Virus record (IMG/VR): IMGVR_UViG_3300016667_000666
Span: 1 to 64,000 of that record
Length of the DNA: 64,000 nt
Source: a virus
Direction: 5' to 3' (one strand)
Part shown: positions 40,368-50,309 of the stretch, one piece after another
Numbering within the stretch: position 1 is the stretch's first letter
How the letters are laid out: every line of letters begins with the position of its first letter
The notes under the pieces: model-generated
What the model saw: the letters and a program-made list of their open reading frames with translations, nothing else
Told to the model about the DNA's origin: nothing
The model's database searches: none
Position numbers and translations under genes: made by a program

Positions 40368-41535
40368 GAAAAATCACCGTACTTACGGCAAGCTTGCCGT
40401 TCCTATTCTTATGAAATCGAAGATTCACTGCGCGATTTCCCTGCGTATCAGGAAATTCGTCAATCGGGGACATCTCGATAACGGTGTCGGCTACCTGAGA
40501 AACCTCCCCACTATCACGGATAGCATCCAACCCCTCACCGCCTTTGTTCATCTGAGACAGCAGCACAACGGCAAGGTTATGCTCCTTCGCGATCTCTTTC
40601 AACGTGACCGCGACTTCACCAAGATCTTGATTGCGGTTTCCGTGCTGATGATGCCGTACAATCTGCAAGTAGTCTAAAAACACTACTCGACAACCGTTGC
40701 GCGCCGCTCCCGCAATTTCTTTGCGGATTAAGTCAAGTGTCACTGTCGGGTCGTCAATCACGAACATCGGCAAGGTCTGCAAGTAGATAACCGCCTCTTC
40801 AATACGAGCCGCAGTAGACCGATCGATGCGCCCAAACTGAATCGACGTCGCGTCCAAAGCCAGCATATAGGCAACCCAGCGGCTAATCAGCTGCTCCTTT
40901 GACATCTCTAAAGAGAAGAAGAGCGACCGCGTGCCGTACTGCCGCGCCATTTCTAACATAGACTGGCCCACAAGAGCGGTCTTGCCAGTGCCCGGCTTGG
41001 CCATAATAATGTTCAAGGTTTTGGGCAACCACTCTCCGCCAAGAAGAGCATCAAGAAAGCGAATTCCTGTGCGAGTAAACGCGTATGTTCCGTCTATCTT
41101 CTTACCCAAATCGCCTAGCATCCGCTGAGCCCCCGGAACAAGAGTCGAGTCGTGAAGCGGCGTTACTGGCTCAAAATTAAGCACCTTAGTAATACGCTGC
41201 TCGTCTGGCTCGTATTTCGATGCTTCACCAGCAAGCACATTTGCAGCGACCTGCAGCTGACGTCGCCGAGCAACACGCGACAACTCCTCCAGCAGTGCCC
41301 GAGACGAGGCAACACTCGGCACCAACAACTCCGGTGGTATTTGCCCTGAAAAGGCGATACGTAGCACTTCAAAAGATAACTCACCGTAACGCACGTAAGC
41401 GTCCTTAAGCGCCTTAAAAAAGTGCTCTCGCTCATCAGTAAAAATTGTCGCACTCACGTTGTGCATCACTTCCGGGCTCTGCAAAAACGACGTGAGCAAC
41501 CGCCACTCAGCGGCTTCATCTTGGAACATGACCAA
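40333..41535 (-). CDS. dnaB: DnaB-like replicative helicase (400 aa)
   Basis: Walker A MAKPGTGKTALVGQ, Walker B VVFLDYLQ, plus a downstream RecA-fold region (LLSQMNKG). Confidence 0.8.
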   Translation of the reverse strand: MVMFQDEAAEWRLLTSFLQSPEVMHNVSATIFTDEREHFFKALKDAYVRYGELSFEVLRIAFSGQIPPELLVPSVASSRALLEELSRVARRRQLQVAANVLAGEASKYEPDEQRITKVLNFEPVTPLHDSTLVPGAQRMLGDLGKKIDGTYAFTRTGIRFLDALLGGEWLPKTLNIIMAKPGTGKTALVGQSMLEMARQYGTRSLFFSLEMSKEQLISRWVAYMLALDATSIQFGRIDRSTAARIEEAVIYLQTLPMFVIDDPTVTLDLIRKEIAGAARNGCRVVFLDYLQIVRHHQHGNRNQDLGEVAVTLKEIAKEHNLAVVLLSQMNKGGEGLDAIRDSGEVSQVADTVIEMSPIDEFPDTQGNRAVNLRFHKNRNGKLAVSTVIFHGPTQKFTSSQ

Positions 41536-42439
41536 ACCTCCTCATCAAAATAGCCCAGTTAACGTAGGGCAGCGAATGCTTCAGTAAAAGCTTAAACGTA
41601 TCGATGCCTTTTGTCAAGATAAACGTATCAACGTCCATCTTTGCACCAGACAGCGGAAGGAACAGTACATTGCACTCCCCCATCCGCAAAGCCAACGCGT
41701 CGACTGCCGAGTAAACATTCTCCGCCACCGATTTATCCGCCTGAGAATCAAAAATGATTACTCGGGTCAATCCGGGATAGCAACCGCGTAGTCGCCATTT
41801 CCAGCTGTTGATGCCCGGCAATGCTACCGCAGGAACGCCTTCCTGCGTGCAAAGCAGCGCTTTAATCTCGCCTTCAGTTATTACTACGGGATCACCAGTA
41901 CCTTCAATCGGTGGGTGGGTAGGGATGTACGGGTACTCATCAGCCCCTCGATAATGAGCGCGGCCATACGGGCCTTTGTACCGCAGCTCTTCGGCAGGAT
42001 CAAGCGACCGTCCGCGTAAGTCAACAACCTGTCGACGTGGACTGTTATACGGAAAGATAGCGCGACCTGCCAATACGGAAGTGCTCTGTGATCCTGCAAT
42101 TCCTGCTTCGCGTGCTACAGGGTCTTGGTACAGCGCATGAGAGCCGGGTGGGCAGTAGCCAAGACGGTTTGCGACAATCGTCTGATCATTTAGACCGCGA
42201 CTGTAGAAAAATTCGCGAACTTCAGTAGTGATGCAGGCATGGTAGTATTCAGCAAGCCTTGTGTAGTAAAACCGGATCTCTTCGAGTTGATCTGACACCT
42301 TGAGTAGCTGCTCCGGATTGTCTTTGCGTACTCCCTTGGAATAGCCACAATTAAAGCAGTACTCTACTCCGTTATCCGGAGTAATATACAGGTTATGTCC
42401 GTCGCACTGCGGACAAGTAGTTTTGTATCCTCTTGACAT
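41516..42439 (-). CDS. dnaG: DNA primase (zinc finger plus TOPRIM, 307 aa)
   Basis: CPQCDGHNLYITPDNGVEYCFNCGY zinc ribbon. TEGEIKAL and IIFDSQADK are TOPRIM motifs. Confidence 0.75.
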   Translation of the reverse strand: MSRGYKTTCPQCDGHNLYITPDNGVEYCFNCGYSKGVRKDNPEQLLKVSDQLEEIRFYYTRLAEYYHACITTEVREFFYSRGLNDQTIVANRLGYCPPGSHALYQDPVAREAGIAGSQSTSVLAGRAIFPYNSPRRQVVDLRGRSLDPAEELRYKGPYGRAHYRGADEYPYIPTHPPIEGTGDPVVITEGEIKALLCTQEGVPAVALPGINSWKWRLRGCYPGLTRVIIFDSQADKSVAENVYSAVDALALRMGECNVLFLPLSGAKMDVDTFILTKGIDTFKLLLKHSLPYVNWAILMRRFGHVPR

Positions 42440-42449
42440 GGCAGCTCCG

Positions 42450-42490
42450 AAAAAAAAAGAGGTGGCGGCAGGATAATTCCCACCGCCACC
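42450..42490 (-). terminator. Rho-independent terminator between the SSB-like gene and primase
   Basis: On the - strand GGTGGCGG-N14-CCGCCACC followed by TCTTTTTTTTT. Confidence 0.75.
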
Positions 42491-42498
42491 AAGCGGGT

Positions 42499-43329
42499 CT
42501 AGAACAACTCGTCAGCAACCACAACCTGACCTACGACAGCCGCCTGCACAGCCGCTGGGCGAGCAATCGGCTGGAGAAGGGGCACAACAGGGATGCTGTA
42601 CTCCTTAACAATGGTGTCGTAGTCTTCCCCAGCCACCACCGCACGTACTGCGTCTGCGGGCCAAGGCTTGCAGTACGTGTACAGGTCGTACACTCCTGCG
42701 TCAAGAGCGTTCTCAGGCAAAGGATTGCGATCGGCGCTGTGCACTGTGATGGTGCGCTTGGTGAGCAATCCCTGACCAACGGTCTTGATTTGCAAATCGA
42801 CCGTTGACAACGGGATGAGCTTTCCAGTGTCCTCGTCAAAGGTTGTTCGTGACAAGTCGTCGAGGTCGTTAAACAACCCACGACCACCACGCTGGCTCAC
42901 TGATCCCTTCAAAACGACAATCTCGTTGCGGCGAGCTGGACGCTCTGACAGCTCCTTGCCCTCAACAACATACTGGTTTACGGCGTTAGGATACACGACG
43001 CCGTTTTCGCGTCGAACCACCAACGTTTTGTCGAACACGTTGATAAAGGCCTGCAGTTTAACACTCTCAGCTACAGCAGCTGGAAGCAACTTGCGCGTTG
43101 ATTCATCCACAAAAATGGGACGGCGAATTTCCTTCTCTCCGCGCTTAAGCGTAACCCAAGCCTCGAGCACCACTGGGCCCATCATGGGCTGATCTGGATT
43201 GGCAGGATTTGGCAACAAGCGAATGCGCCGACTGCCTTCGCGCAAATCCAAGAACGGCAATGCACCGCCTGAACCCGTGGCAGAAACACCCTTCAAATTT
43301 GCGGCTGCCTTCAACATCTCGTCAAACAT
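42499..43329 (-). CDS. Putative ssDNA-binding protein (276 aa) with acidic-aromatic C-terminal tail
   Basis: First gene after a consensus promoter, within the replication module. The C-terminus ...VVVADELF is reminiscent of gp2.5/SSB tails. No motif proof. Confidence 0.4.
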   Translation of the reverse strand: MFDEMLKAAANLKGVSATGSGGALPFLDLREGSRRIRLLPNPANPDQPMMGPVVLEAWVTLKRGEKEIRRPIFVDESTRKLLPAAVAESVKLQAFINVFDKTLVVRRENGVVYPNAVNQYVVEGKELSERPARRNEIVVLKGSVSQRGGRGLFNDLDDLSRTTFDEDTGKLIPLSTVDLQIKTVGQGLLTKRTITVHSADRNPLPENALDAGVYDLYTYCKPWPADAVRAVVAGEDYDTIVKEYSIPVVPLLQPIARPAAVQAAVVGQVVVADELF

Positions 43330-43409
43330 CTTCTTACTCCTTCTTGTGAGCGAGTTCTCTCGCCATTGCGTTGAGCCCGTCTATTACGACTCTGCGGACT
43401 ACAGCATTG

Positions 43410-43438
43410 ACTATACCATGACGTTCGAGACGTGTCAA
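43410..43438 (-). promoter_or_regulatory. Consensus promoter TTGACA-N17-(TGg)TATAGT for the replication operon
   Basis: On the - strand, -35 spans 43438-43433 and -10 spans 43415-43410. Predicted +1 near 43403. Confidence 0.75.
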
Positions 43439-43466
43439 GATGAGTTTGATGTATTTCTGTGCAATC

Positions 43467-44666
43467 TTATCGGGCGACATCTTGGATAATCTCCGAGAAC
43501 TGTCGAGCGATCGTCTTCCACTGAAACTTTGGATCTTTCATGTGCAGATGACCGGCCATCCCGATCGTATGACGATATTGATGATCCTCGTACATGCGTT
43601 GCAAGGCGGAGATTGCACTCTCCATTTCTGTAATGTGATGGACTGTATTCAATCCCTTGTCGGTCAAAAACGGGATCGGATATACTTCAGTGTAGTGACA
43701 ATTACCCTCGGGCCATTCTGCGAGGGCTGAATGACGCGGGATAATTACGGGAACACTCGCGGCCATCGCTTCCGCGACTGGGAGACACCAGCCTTCAGCC
43801 ATAGTGGTCGTAAAGAACACGTCAGCTGCGTTGTACACCCAATTCACTTGCTCAGTGGTTAACCCGCGATCAGGACGAATATTTGGTGAGCTAATAGCCA
43901 AGCGGTCTTCAATCCCCAGATAGGAAGCCCACTGGATGATGTCGATTCCAAAGTCTTGCAAAGCCCCGTGGTAATAAAACTTCACGTTCGGTGGAAGTTG
44001 GTAGCGCTTTACCCACTCAGCAAAGTAGAACATAGTCAGGTCAATGCGCTTACGCGGCTGATTACGCTGCAAACAGAGCACAACATACGCGTCTTCTGGC
44101 ATATTCATCTCGGCGCGTACCTTCTGCTTAGGCATAGGGAAGAACTTAGTGAGATCAACACCGTGTGGAATAACGTGAACAGGAGGCATAGTAAACTGGT
44201 GTGTTCGCAAGATCGCTTCTTCTGTTTTCTTAATTTGTTCACGCCCAAACTCAGTGTAGGTAATTACCGCATCATACTCCGCTAAGCCAAGCACAAACTC
44301 GTGCTTAATATTTTCAGCGTCGATTGGGGTGTACGCAATAAACTTAGTGTTCACTTTGTCACGAATCTGCGTAAATCGCTCTGCGTACTGCATGCAGATC
44401 CAAGGGTCGTTCAGCACAAACACTACGTCGGGTTTAATCGACAGGATCATGTCGTTAATCCGGCTCACTCCCCAAATATCTCCGCCTGCACTCGCCGGGT
44501 ACACCCTCAGGCCATTACACAGCGGATCGTAATCTCCATGATAATTAACTCCCAGTACGTGCACTTCGTACCATTGCTTGAAGTGGTTGATGAGATTTGT
44601 ACTCACCACACCAAACCCAGTCTGAATCGGAAAGTCTCCGACATACAACATTTTGAGTGGTTCCAT
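43467..44666 (-). CDS. Family 1/4 (GT-B) glycosyltransferase (399 aa)
   Basis: C-terminal EGWCLPVAEAMAASVPVI (E-x7-E-like motif) and overall GT4 size. Confidence 0.65.
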   Translation of the reverse strand: MEPLKMLYVGDFPIQTGFGVVSTNLINHFKQWYEVHVLGVNYHGDYDPLCNGLRVYPASAGGDIWGVSRINDMILSIKPDVVFVLNDPWICMQYAERFTQIRDKVNTKFIAYTPIDAENIKHEFVLGLAEYDAVITYTEFGREQIKKTEEAILRTHQFTMPPVHVIPHGVDLTKFFPMPKQKVRAEMNMPEDAYVVLCLQRNQPRKRIDLTMFYFAEWVKRYQLPPNVKFYYHGALQDFGIDIIQWASYLGIEDRLAISSPNIRPDRGLTTEQVNWVYNAADVFFTTTMAEGWCLPVAEAMAASVPVIIPRHSALAEWPEGNCHYTEVYPIPFLTDKGLNTVHHITEMESAISALQRMYEDHQYRHTIGMAGHLHMKDPKFQWKTIARQFSEIIQDVAR

Positions 44667-44674
44667 AAAGCTCC

Positions 44675-45247
44675 TTAATATACTTTAGTTCCGACTATCA
44701 CATTTAGCGGCTGCCTACTGGCAATAGGCTGCGCTATACGTGTCTTAAATAGGGTGTCTAGCTCTTCTTTGAGCATCTCCATCACCAAACGAGCTGCCTT
44801 TGCAGACTCGGTGTTTGTGTACCGAATGTCTTCGGTTGACCACGAGTAGTAGCTATCAGAGCTTCCAGTGATCTTGCCCAAATAAATGAGGTACACGGCG
44901 GCCAGTACAAGAGCGTCTTCATCGTCTTGTTCGAGTACTGGTGGGTAGGCTTGTGTAAACTCCAAAAACGGATTACGAAACGCACTGCCCACTGCTAGAC
45001 CGCTTGGGATTGCGCCGATTCCGTCAACAGTGTTAGCCGCGGCCCAGCCAACTGGAGCTTCTCCGGCAACGTATGTATCGGTACCAACGATTTGATATTT
45101 GCTCTTCCAGCGGCCCATCAAGAACTTTACAGCTGCTGAAAGAATTGTTCTGACATAAGCGTCAGAGTACTCAGTACCGGCAATGTCGCCGAGGCGAAAA
45201 CGTACGTTTTCAATGTACTGGTCTAGATTGGTAGGTGTTGTAAGCAT
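44675..45247 (-). CDS. Hypothetical, probably structural protein (190 aa)
   Basis: SD AGGAGG lies 3-4 nt before ATG 45247. Position within the tail-fibre region. Confidence 0.6.
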   Translation of the reverse strand: MLTTPTNLDQYIENVRFRLGDIAGTEYSDAYVRTILSAAVKFLMGRWKSKYQIVGTDTYVAGEAPVGWAAANTVDGIGAIPSGLAVGSAFRNPFLEFTQAYPPVLEQDDEDALVLAAVYLIYLGKITGSSDSYYSWSTEDIRYTNTESAKAARLVMEMLKEELDTLFKTRIAQPIASRQPLNVIVGTKVY

Positions 45248-45261
45248 AAGCCTCCTAAACT

Positions 45262-45291
45262 ATTATATGGGATAAAGACAAGCTATGTCAA
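45262..45291 (-). promoter_or_regulatory. Consensus promoter TTGACA-N18-TATAAT overlapping the upstream stop codon
   Basis: On the - strand, -35 spans 45291-45286 and -10 spans 45267-45262. The predicted +1 (~45255) falls on the SD, so the leader would be only ~8 nt. Confidence 0.5.
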
Positions 45292-45596
45292 GTTGTTGGT
45301 TTGTTAGGCCAGCGAGTACTGTTCCAAACAAAGTTATTCGTTATGTCGCGCAAAGCCTGTCGATATTGAGCCCAGCGAGCTTTTGAAGCGTCGGACAACG
45401 GACTATCTGGTAGTTGAGTCCAGTCGGCTTCAACAAGTCTTCTGTTACGCTCTTCTCTAACTCTAGCTAAGGCTTCTTGCGGCCTACATTCGTCTACTAT
45501 CTCCTGTGACAGTACGGCGTTTTCTTCTGCCTCTTGCCCGTACTGATCAAACAAAGAGGTAGTCAATGTTTGTACATCAAATGTGCGGATTAACAT
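45288..45596 (-). CDS. Tail fibre assembly chaperone-like protein (102 aa)
   Basis: REERNRRLVEADWTQLPDSPLS..KARWAQYRQALRDI matches the pattern recalled for phage tail assembly chaperones (Phage_tail_APC). Lies directly downstream of the fibre gene. Confidence 0.6.
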   Translation of the reverse strand: MLIRTFDVQTLTTSLFDQYGQEAEENAVLSQEIVDECRPQEALARVREERNRRLVEADWTQLPDSPLSDASKARWAQYRQALRDITNNFVWNSTRWPNKPTT

Positions 45597-45597
45597 A

Positions 45598-47943
45598 TTA
45601 ACCTACCTTTACCAAAGTCAATATCGGGCTTTCAGACGCAGAACCGCTTGCGTTAACGGACACGGTCGTATTCTGTGGCCCAGAAATTGTAATTTGAAAA
45701 ATATCATTAGCTGAGAATCTTCTTGTAATTGTGTGCGCCCATGTTGTACCAACACCGTAGTAATTAGAGAGTCTTCCTACTGTAGTCGAATTTACCACCA
45801 AAAAAGCGTACTGCAGCACACTGGTTGTAGTGCTGTAATTTAAGTTAATCGTGTAGAAACCCGTAACAGGAATAGTTATTTGAGAACCAGTCCACGAAAC
45901 TCCGTTATTGTAAACCTCTTGTTGCCATGATATGGTAGCACCAGCAGTCGTACTGGCAAACGTGCTAGTTCTAGTCAACACAACCCCATACGCATCAAAG
46001 ATTAAAGGTACTTTGACCAAGATCTCTTCGCCATTTACAGCAGCGACTACTTCGTGCTCCAAAGCGTCTGTTCTTTTAATAAACACAAAAGATTTTCTAG
46101 GGTACAAAGCCGGAATAATCCCATCAGCGTCAACTTGAATACTCCCTACAACCTCACCTAAATCAGGTGTAGAGGCCGTGTATGTACTGGAGGCCGTTCC
46201 GTATCCGTGCACATTACCTACAGTTAGTACAGGGTCTGTAGCCGCGTTATAGTAAACGTCGCCGTAAAAAGAACTCTTGTCTGCATTAAATAAAGCATCA
46301 CTTTGTTCTCCCGAAGCGGTTAAAGAAATAGTGCTAAACCCGCTAGGAGATATAGCCTCTAGCAACAAAGACGAATAGTTTCCTGCTACAATAAAATCAC
46401 CAGAACTTTGCTGAGGATAGCTACCGCTGTGTACAACTCCGGTCTGAAAAGCTGTGTAAACCGCACCGTTGCTCTCGTTAGTTGTATAAAGAAGGGAATT
46501 CAATAGTCCTTGCTGACTTTTGTACTTTAAAATACCCGCTGTCTGCACCGAACTATTTAAAGGTAATTTGGCTCTTGTCAACGAATACGTCGTGTCTGGT
46601 ATAGCAACACCAGAGTAAGTAGTAGTTAACGTAAGGCCCTCTCTATTTAAAGTAACAAATCCGCTTGGGTATGTAAACAAACTACCAGACGTGCTAATTT
46701 CAAGCTGCGGTTGACTATCTCCGTAAGCTGTTAATTTAGAAACGTTATTTTGTGTATACAGCTTTATACCGTTTTGCGGTGATGTAGCCGACCCAGCACC
46801 TGCCCACAGATACCCAGAAGTTCCAATGCTTACACCGCTGTTTACCACCAGAGTGCCCATATTAGCGGCAATCGCATCAAGTTGGTTAACTTGTAGTTTA
46901 TCTGAAGTAATTGTTCCCGCGGTAATAAGAACTCCAGAAATAGTGTTAGCAGTAATTTTATCACCCGTAATAGTACCGGCGGCTATTTTATTAGCTGTAA
47001 TTGCGCTGTCAGTAATTAAAACCCCAGACACAGTACCAGCCACAATGTTTGCCCCTGTAATTGAAGCGTCTGCAATTTGCTCCGATGTAAGCGTCTTTGA
47101 TGCGATCTTGTCGAATGTAATAGTGCCCGCGGTCATTAACGCGCCTGAAATTGTGTTAGCCGCGATCTTGTTGCCGGTAATAGTACCCGCGGCAATCTCG
47201 TTCGACGTAATCGTGCCGGGCGTAATGATGACTCCGCTGATTGTACCGTCAAGAATTTTTGCACCAGTAATGCTTTTGTCAGGAATATCCGGGCTTACTA
47301 CAATACTCTCACTTACCTGCAAAGCGATTGTATCAATGAGGTCAGCAGACACATGATACGCTTTGATCGCGTTTACTTCTAGATCAAAAGCCCCAGTGGC
47401 GCGTCGAGGTAAGATCTGCGAAATTGCGTATTCGCCTAGACCAGAGTGTATCACTGTGAATGAGCGATTAAACACAGGTTCAGGAAAAACAATATTGAAT
47501 TGACCAGAACCAGCAAGCGGAACAAGCAGCTCACTTGGAGCCGGTGGAAGATCTTCGTACTTTGTAGGAAAGTACAGCTCTGTACGCAACGCAGTTCCCG
47601 ACGTAGTCGCGGGCCAACCATAAAAGTTCGGCACGGGGTCGTTTAGCGTCTCACCCACAATTACTCCGACGCTTACGTACGAACCGCTAACTACGTTCAA
47701 GGAGATTCCTCCAATACGCTCTAACCGGTTAAGCATAACGCTTGTCGAGTGCACGCCGCCTGAATACACAAGGTATTCAGCCGGGTTGTCGTTTAACAGC
47801 ACATTAGGATCAGTCGAGCCAGACGCAGCATACCAACTAAGTGCAAGCGGCCATTGAACAGTCCGCCGAGTTACTGAATCGGCGTAAAAGTAATCGTCGT
47901 CGCTTCTTGCTAAGTCTAGAAAAAAAGAATCGGTCATTTCCAC
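45598..47943 (-). CDS. Tail fibre protein (781 aa) with internal short repeats
   Basis: A run of (I/L)T(G/A)xKI.aGTI(T/S) repeats, Ser/Thr/Gly-rich C-terminal region, and a chaperone gene downstream. Confidence 0.75.
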   Translation of the reverse strand: MEMTDSFFLDLARSDDDYFYADSVTRRTVQWPLALSWYAASGSTDPNVLLNDNPAEYLVYSGGVHSTSVMLNRLERIGGISLNVVSGSYVSVGVIVGETLNDPVPNFYGWPATTSGTALRTELYFPTKYEDLPPAPSELLVPLAGSGQFNIVFPEPVFNRSFTVIHSGLGEYAISQILPRRATGAFDLEVNAIKAYHVSADLIDTIALQVSESIVVSPDIPDKSITGAKILDGTISGVIITPGTITSNEIAAGTITGNKIAANTISGALMTAGTITFDKIASKTLTSEQIADASITGANIVAGTVSGVLITDSAITANKIAAGTITGDKITANTISGVLITAGTITSDKLQVNQLDAIAANMGTLVVNSGVSIGTSGYLWAGAGSATSPQNGIKLYTQNNVSKLTAYGDSQPQLEISTSGSLFTYPSGFVTLNREGLTLTTTYSGVAIPDTTYSLTRAKLPLNSSVQTAGILKYKSQQGLLNSLLYTTNESNGAVYTAFQTGVVHSGSYPQQSSGDFIVAGNYSSLLLEAISPSGFSTISLTASGEQSDALFNADKSSFYGDVYYNAATDPVLTVGNVHGYGTASSTYTASTPDLGEVVGSIQVDADGIIPALYPRKSFVFIKRTDALEHEVVAAVNGEEILVKVPLIFDAYGVVLTRTSTFASTTAGATISWQQEVYNNGVSWTGSQITIPVTGFYTINLNYSTTTSVLQYAFLVVNSTTVGRLSNYYGVGTTWAHTITRRFSANDIFQITISGPQNTTVSVNASGSASESPILTLVKVG
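46830..47290 (-). repeat. Degenerate in-frame repeats in the fibre gene
   Basis: Protein segment SITGAKILDGTISGVIITPGTITSNEIAAGTITGNKIAANTISGALMTAGTITFDKI... . It also creates the spurious + strand ORF 46826-47356. Confidence 0.7.
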
Positions 47944-50309
47944 GCTCCTGCGATACTAAATACAATGCCGGGTATCATTTTGTAATCTTGATCGTACCTT
48001 ACTTCGTAGTAAAGTACTTGCTTATTTGAGTCAAGCACCTGATGCAGTCCCGTGACTAAGTACAGCGTAGCATTGATTGACTTGCTACTATAATCTCCGA
48101 CAATCTGCCGTACCATTAGTGAAATTGCCTCTTGGGACAGAAACCGCGATATGAACGAGTCGTAAAACGCTACGTCCGCATCAGTGCTTCCTAGAGAGTC
48201 AAAAACGGCTAAATACGGCTGCGGATGTGAGTTAGTATAAAACTTAACAGTTTTTCCGTCTTTAAGGGAAACCGCTACAACTGCTTGATCAAGCAAGTAG
48301 CCGTACTGCTCGCGCCGATTTACAAACTTTTTAAAAAACAGGCGAGTAAAAAACTGAGTGTCCACGCTCAGCAAAAACCCGGTAGCGCTAGCTAAACCAC
48401 TGCTTAAATATACCTGCTGCTTACTTAACTTGACAGGAACCTCGACTACCTTAGAAAGATCCGCAGCAAACACGTTTGCAGTAATCGATGAGGCTAGCAG
48501 CGACGCAGAAAATCCCGGTGCTTTAGGTGCCACAGTTGCTGAACCGTTTACACGCAAATTAACGTACTTGGGAAACCATCGCTTGTACTCAGCGGTAAAT
48601 CCTGCTTCAGGCCTGCTTACTCGAAAAGGATTTGTCCAAACTTGAGCTGGAGAGTACACAGTTGTATTTGTTTTTGTAATTTCTCCTTTTGCTATTGTTC
48701 GAGTTAGCTGGTCTAGAAAACTAATACAAATGCGAGTAGTAGTCAGACAAGGCCACAGCACCGATCCGGTAGTGTAATCAGGCCAAACTACACGAACTTT
48801 GTACACGTATAATTTTTGTTTAGTGTCTTCGGTAATAATCACTCTAGAACGCGTATTTACTGCAACTGCTGGAGTTAACGCGGCAACAGAGTCGGTAGCA
48901 AAGTCTACTTGGTTTACGTTAGTTACAAGCCGCGTAAACCGCCGCCGCCTGCGCTGAGTTGGCAATCCTAAACCGTACCGAGTGTTTAGCAACACCTTGT
49001 TGCCGTTACTTAACGATGCCACTAACGCTGTATGCTGCGTTGGCGACCCTATTGGATCTTCTGTAAGCATGACAGTAAGCTCCGCCATCTCGTTTCTATA
49101 CGCGGCGTCACTGATTCCTCCTCCACTGACTGGAACAACTTTATCGATTGCTGTTGTTGTTGCGTTATCAAATCGAAAATGCACCGAAGCGAACAACAGC
49201 GGTGTTTTTGCGGTAAGCGTCGCCTCTAGATATAATCGACCAGAATCTGCAACAGAATCAACTGCACGCGGGTAGTTTCCAAAAAACCACGACTGTACAG
49301 TTAGCGGACTCGGAGTAGTTGGATCTACGTAGTAACCCAGCGTAATAGGCTCTACTAAGTCCAATACATAGCCAATCGGTTTGTATGTGTACGAGGCGGT
49401 GACTGTTGGTATTGAGTCTATGTACACTTGCTTGGCCAACAAGATAAAGAACTCGTCATATCCGGCTACAATAGGTATTTGCTGTACGCCCGCACTCCCG
49501 TACACAGTAACATCCTGCTGAAATGTTTTACCTCCTACCTCAACCTTTACAGTAATGACTACCGGGCGTTTTACTTGTATGTCTACTTGAAAAGTATCGG
49601 AATTAGGTAGCAGCCGAAAAAAAGCGTCTTCTGGCCTAAAGTCTTCTTTTAGATAAGAAAGTAAATCTTTTAACGTCAGCGCTGTACTGATCGAAAACGC
49701 AGGACGCGTACTATTGAAGTAAAAGTAAGTAAACGAAAGCGGGATGGACACGCTGTACAAGTTACTTACTACATAAGTAAGCAGGGCTTCCGCGCTGTAC
49801 GACTGACCTGCTGAAGTCGCGACTGAAAAATAGTCAAACGCAAGTTCAGCTGTAGTACTAAATACGTAAGAAATTAGCTGAGCTAATCCTCGTCGAGAAA
49901 AAGTGAGTCGATAGTTTTTTACGCTGTCTCCAATCGATGTTTCGGTACTAGACAGTGTTACAAACCGAAAATCAGTGTTTGTGCGAGTAAACTCTTGAGA
50001 AAATCCGGGAAATGTAGGCAACGCTAGCACAACACGCTCAAGAGATTCCACATCTGGATTGTAACCGTAAAAGTGGCTGGTTGTTAAATAGAACGATTTG
50101 GAAAATCCAGCGACGGTGACAGAGTCAGTAAGGCTGACACTGTCACCGCGTTCAAGTAAAAGTGTAAGCCGAGCGCTAGCCTGATTGTCTAAATAGTTAC
50201 TTGATTGAAACTCGTATTGAGTATCTTTCAGAAATTCGTTAATATCAGGATATTGAGCGCTTCGCTCTATTTTTGCGTCAAGACGCGGTAATGACCGTTT
50301 TTTAGACAT
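47934..50309 (-). CDS. Large tail-tip/baseplate structural protein (791 aa)
   Basis: Size and position between the distal tail genes and the fibre. ATGA-type coupling at 50309. Confidence 0.55.
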   Translation of the reverse strand: MSKKRSLPRLDAKIERSAQYPDINEFLKDTQYEFQSSNYLDNQASARLTLLLERGDSVSLTDSVTVAGFSKSFYLTTSHFYGYNPDVESLERVVLALPTFPGFSQEFTRTNTDFRFVTLSSTETSIGDSVKNYRLTFSRRGLAQLISYVFSTTAELAFDYFSVATSAGQSYSAEALLTYVVSNLYSVSIPLSFTYFYFNSTRPAFSISTALTLKDLLSYLKEDFRPEDAFFRLLPNSDTFQVDIQVKRPVVITVKVEVGGKTFQQDVTVYGSAGVQQIPIVAGYDEFFILLAKQVYIDSIPTVTASYTYKPIGYVLDLVEPITLGYYVDPTTPSPLTVQSWFFGNYPRAVDSVADSGRLYLEATLTAKTPLLFASVHFRFDNATTTAIDKVVPVSGGGISDAAYRNEMAELTVMLTEDPIGSPTQHTALVASLSNGNKVLLNTRYGLGLPTQRRRRRFTRLVTNVNQVDFATDSVAALTPAVAVNTRSRVIITEDTKQKLYVYKVRVVWPDYTTGSVLWPCLTTTRICISFLDQLTRTIAKGEITKTNTTVYSPAQVWTNPFRVSRPEAGFTAEYKRWFPKYVNLRVNGSATVAPKAPGFSASLLASSITANVFAADLSKVVEVPVKLSKQQVYLSSGLASATGFLLSVDTQFFTRLFFKKFVNRREQYGYLLDQAVVAVSLKDGKTVKFYTNSHPQPYLAVFDSLGSTDADVAFYDSFISRFLSQEAISLMVRQIVGDYSSKSINATLYLVTGLHQVLDSNKQVLYYEVRYDQDYKMIPGIVFSIAGAWK

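Noticed and set aside
41590-41625. Internal promoter TTGACA-N17-TAAGCT (- strand) inside the primase gene, ahead of dnaB
   Set aside because: The -10 is weak and it lies within coding sequence. The evidence is not enough to report it as a feature.
46826-47356. 176-aa + strand ORF rich in I/V/P/A repeats
   Set aside because: It is a mirror image of the tail-fibre repeat region on the - strand, and therefore an artefact.
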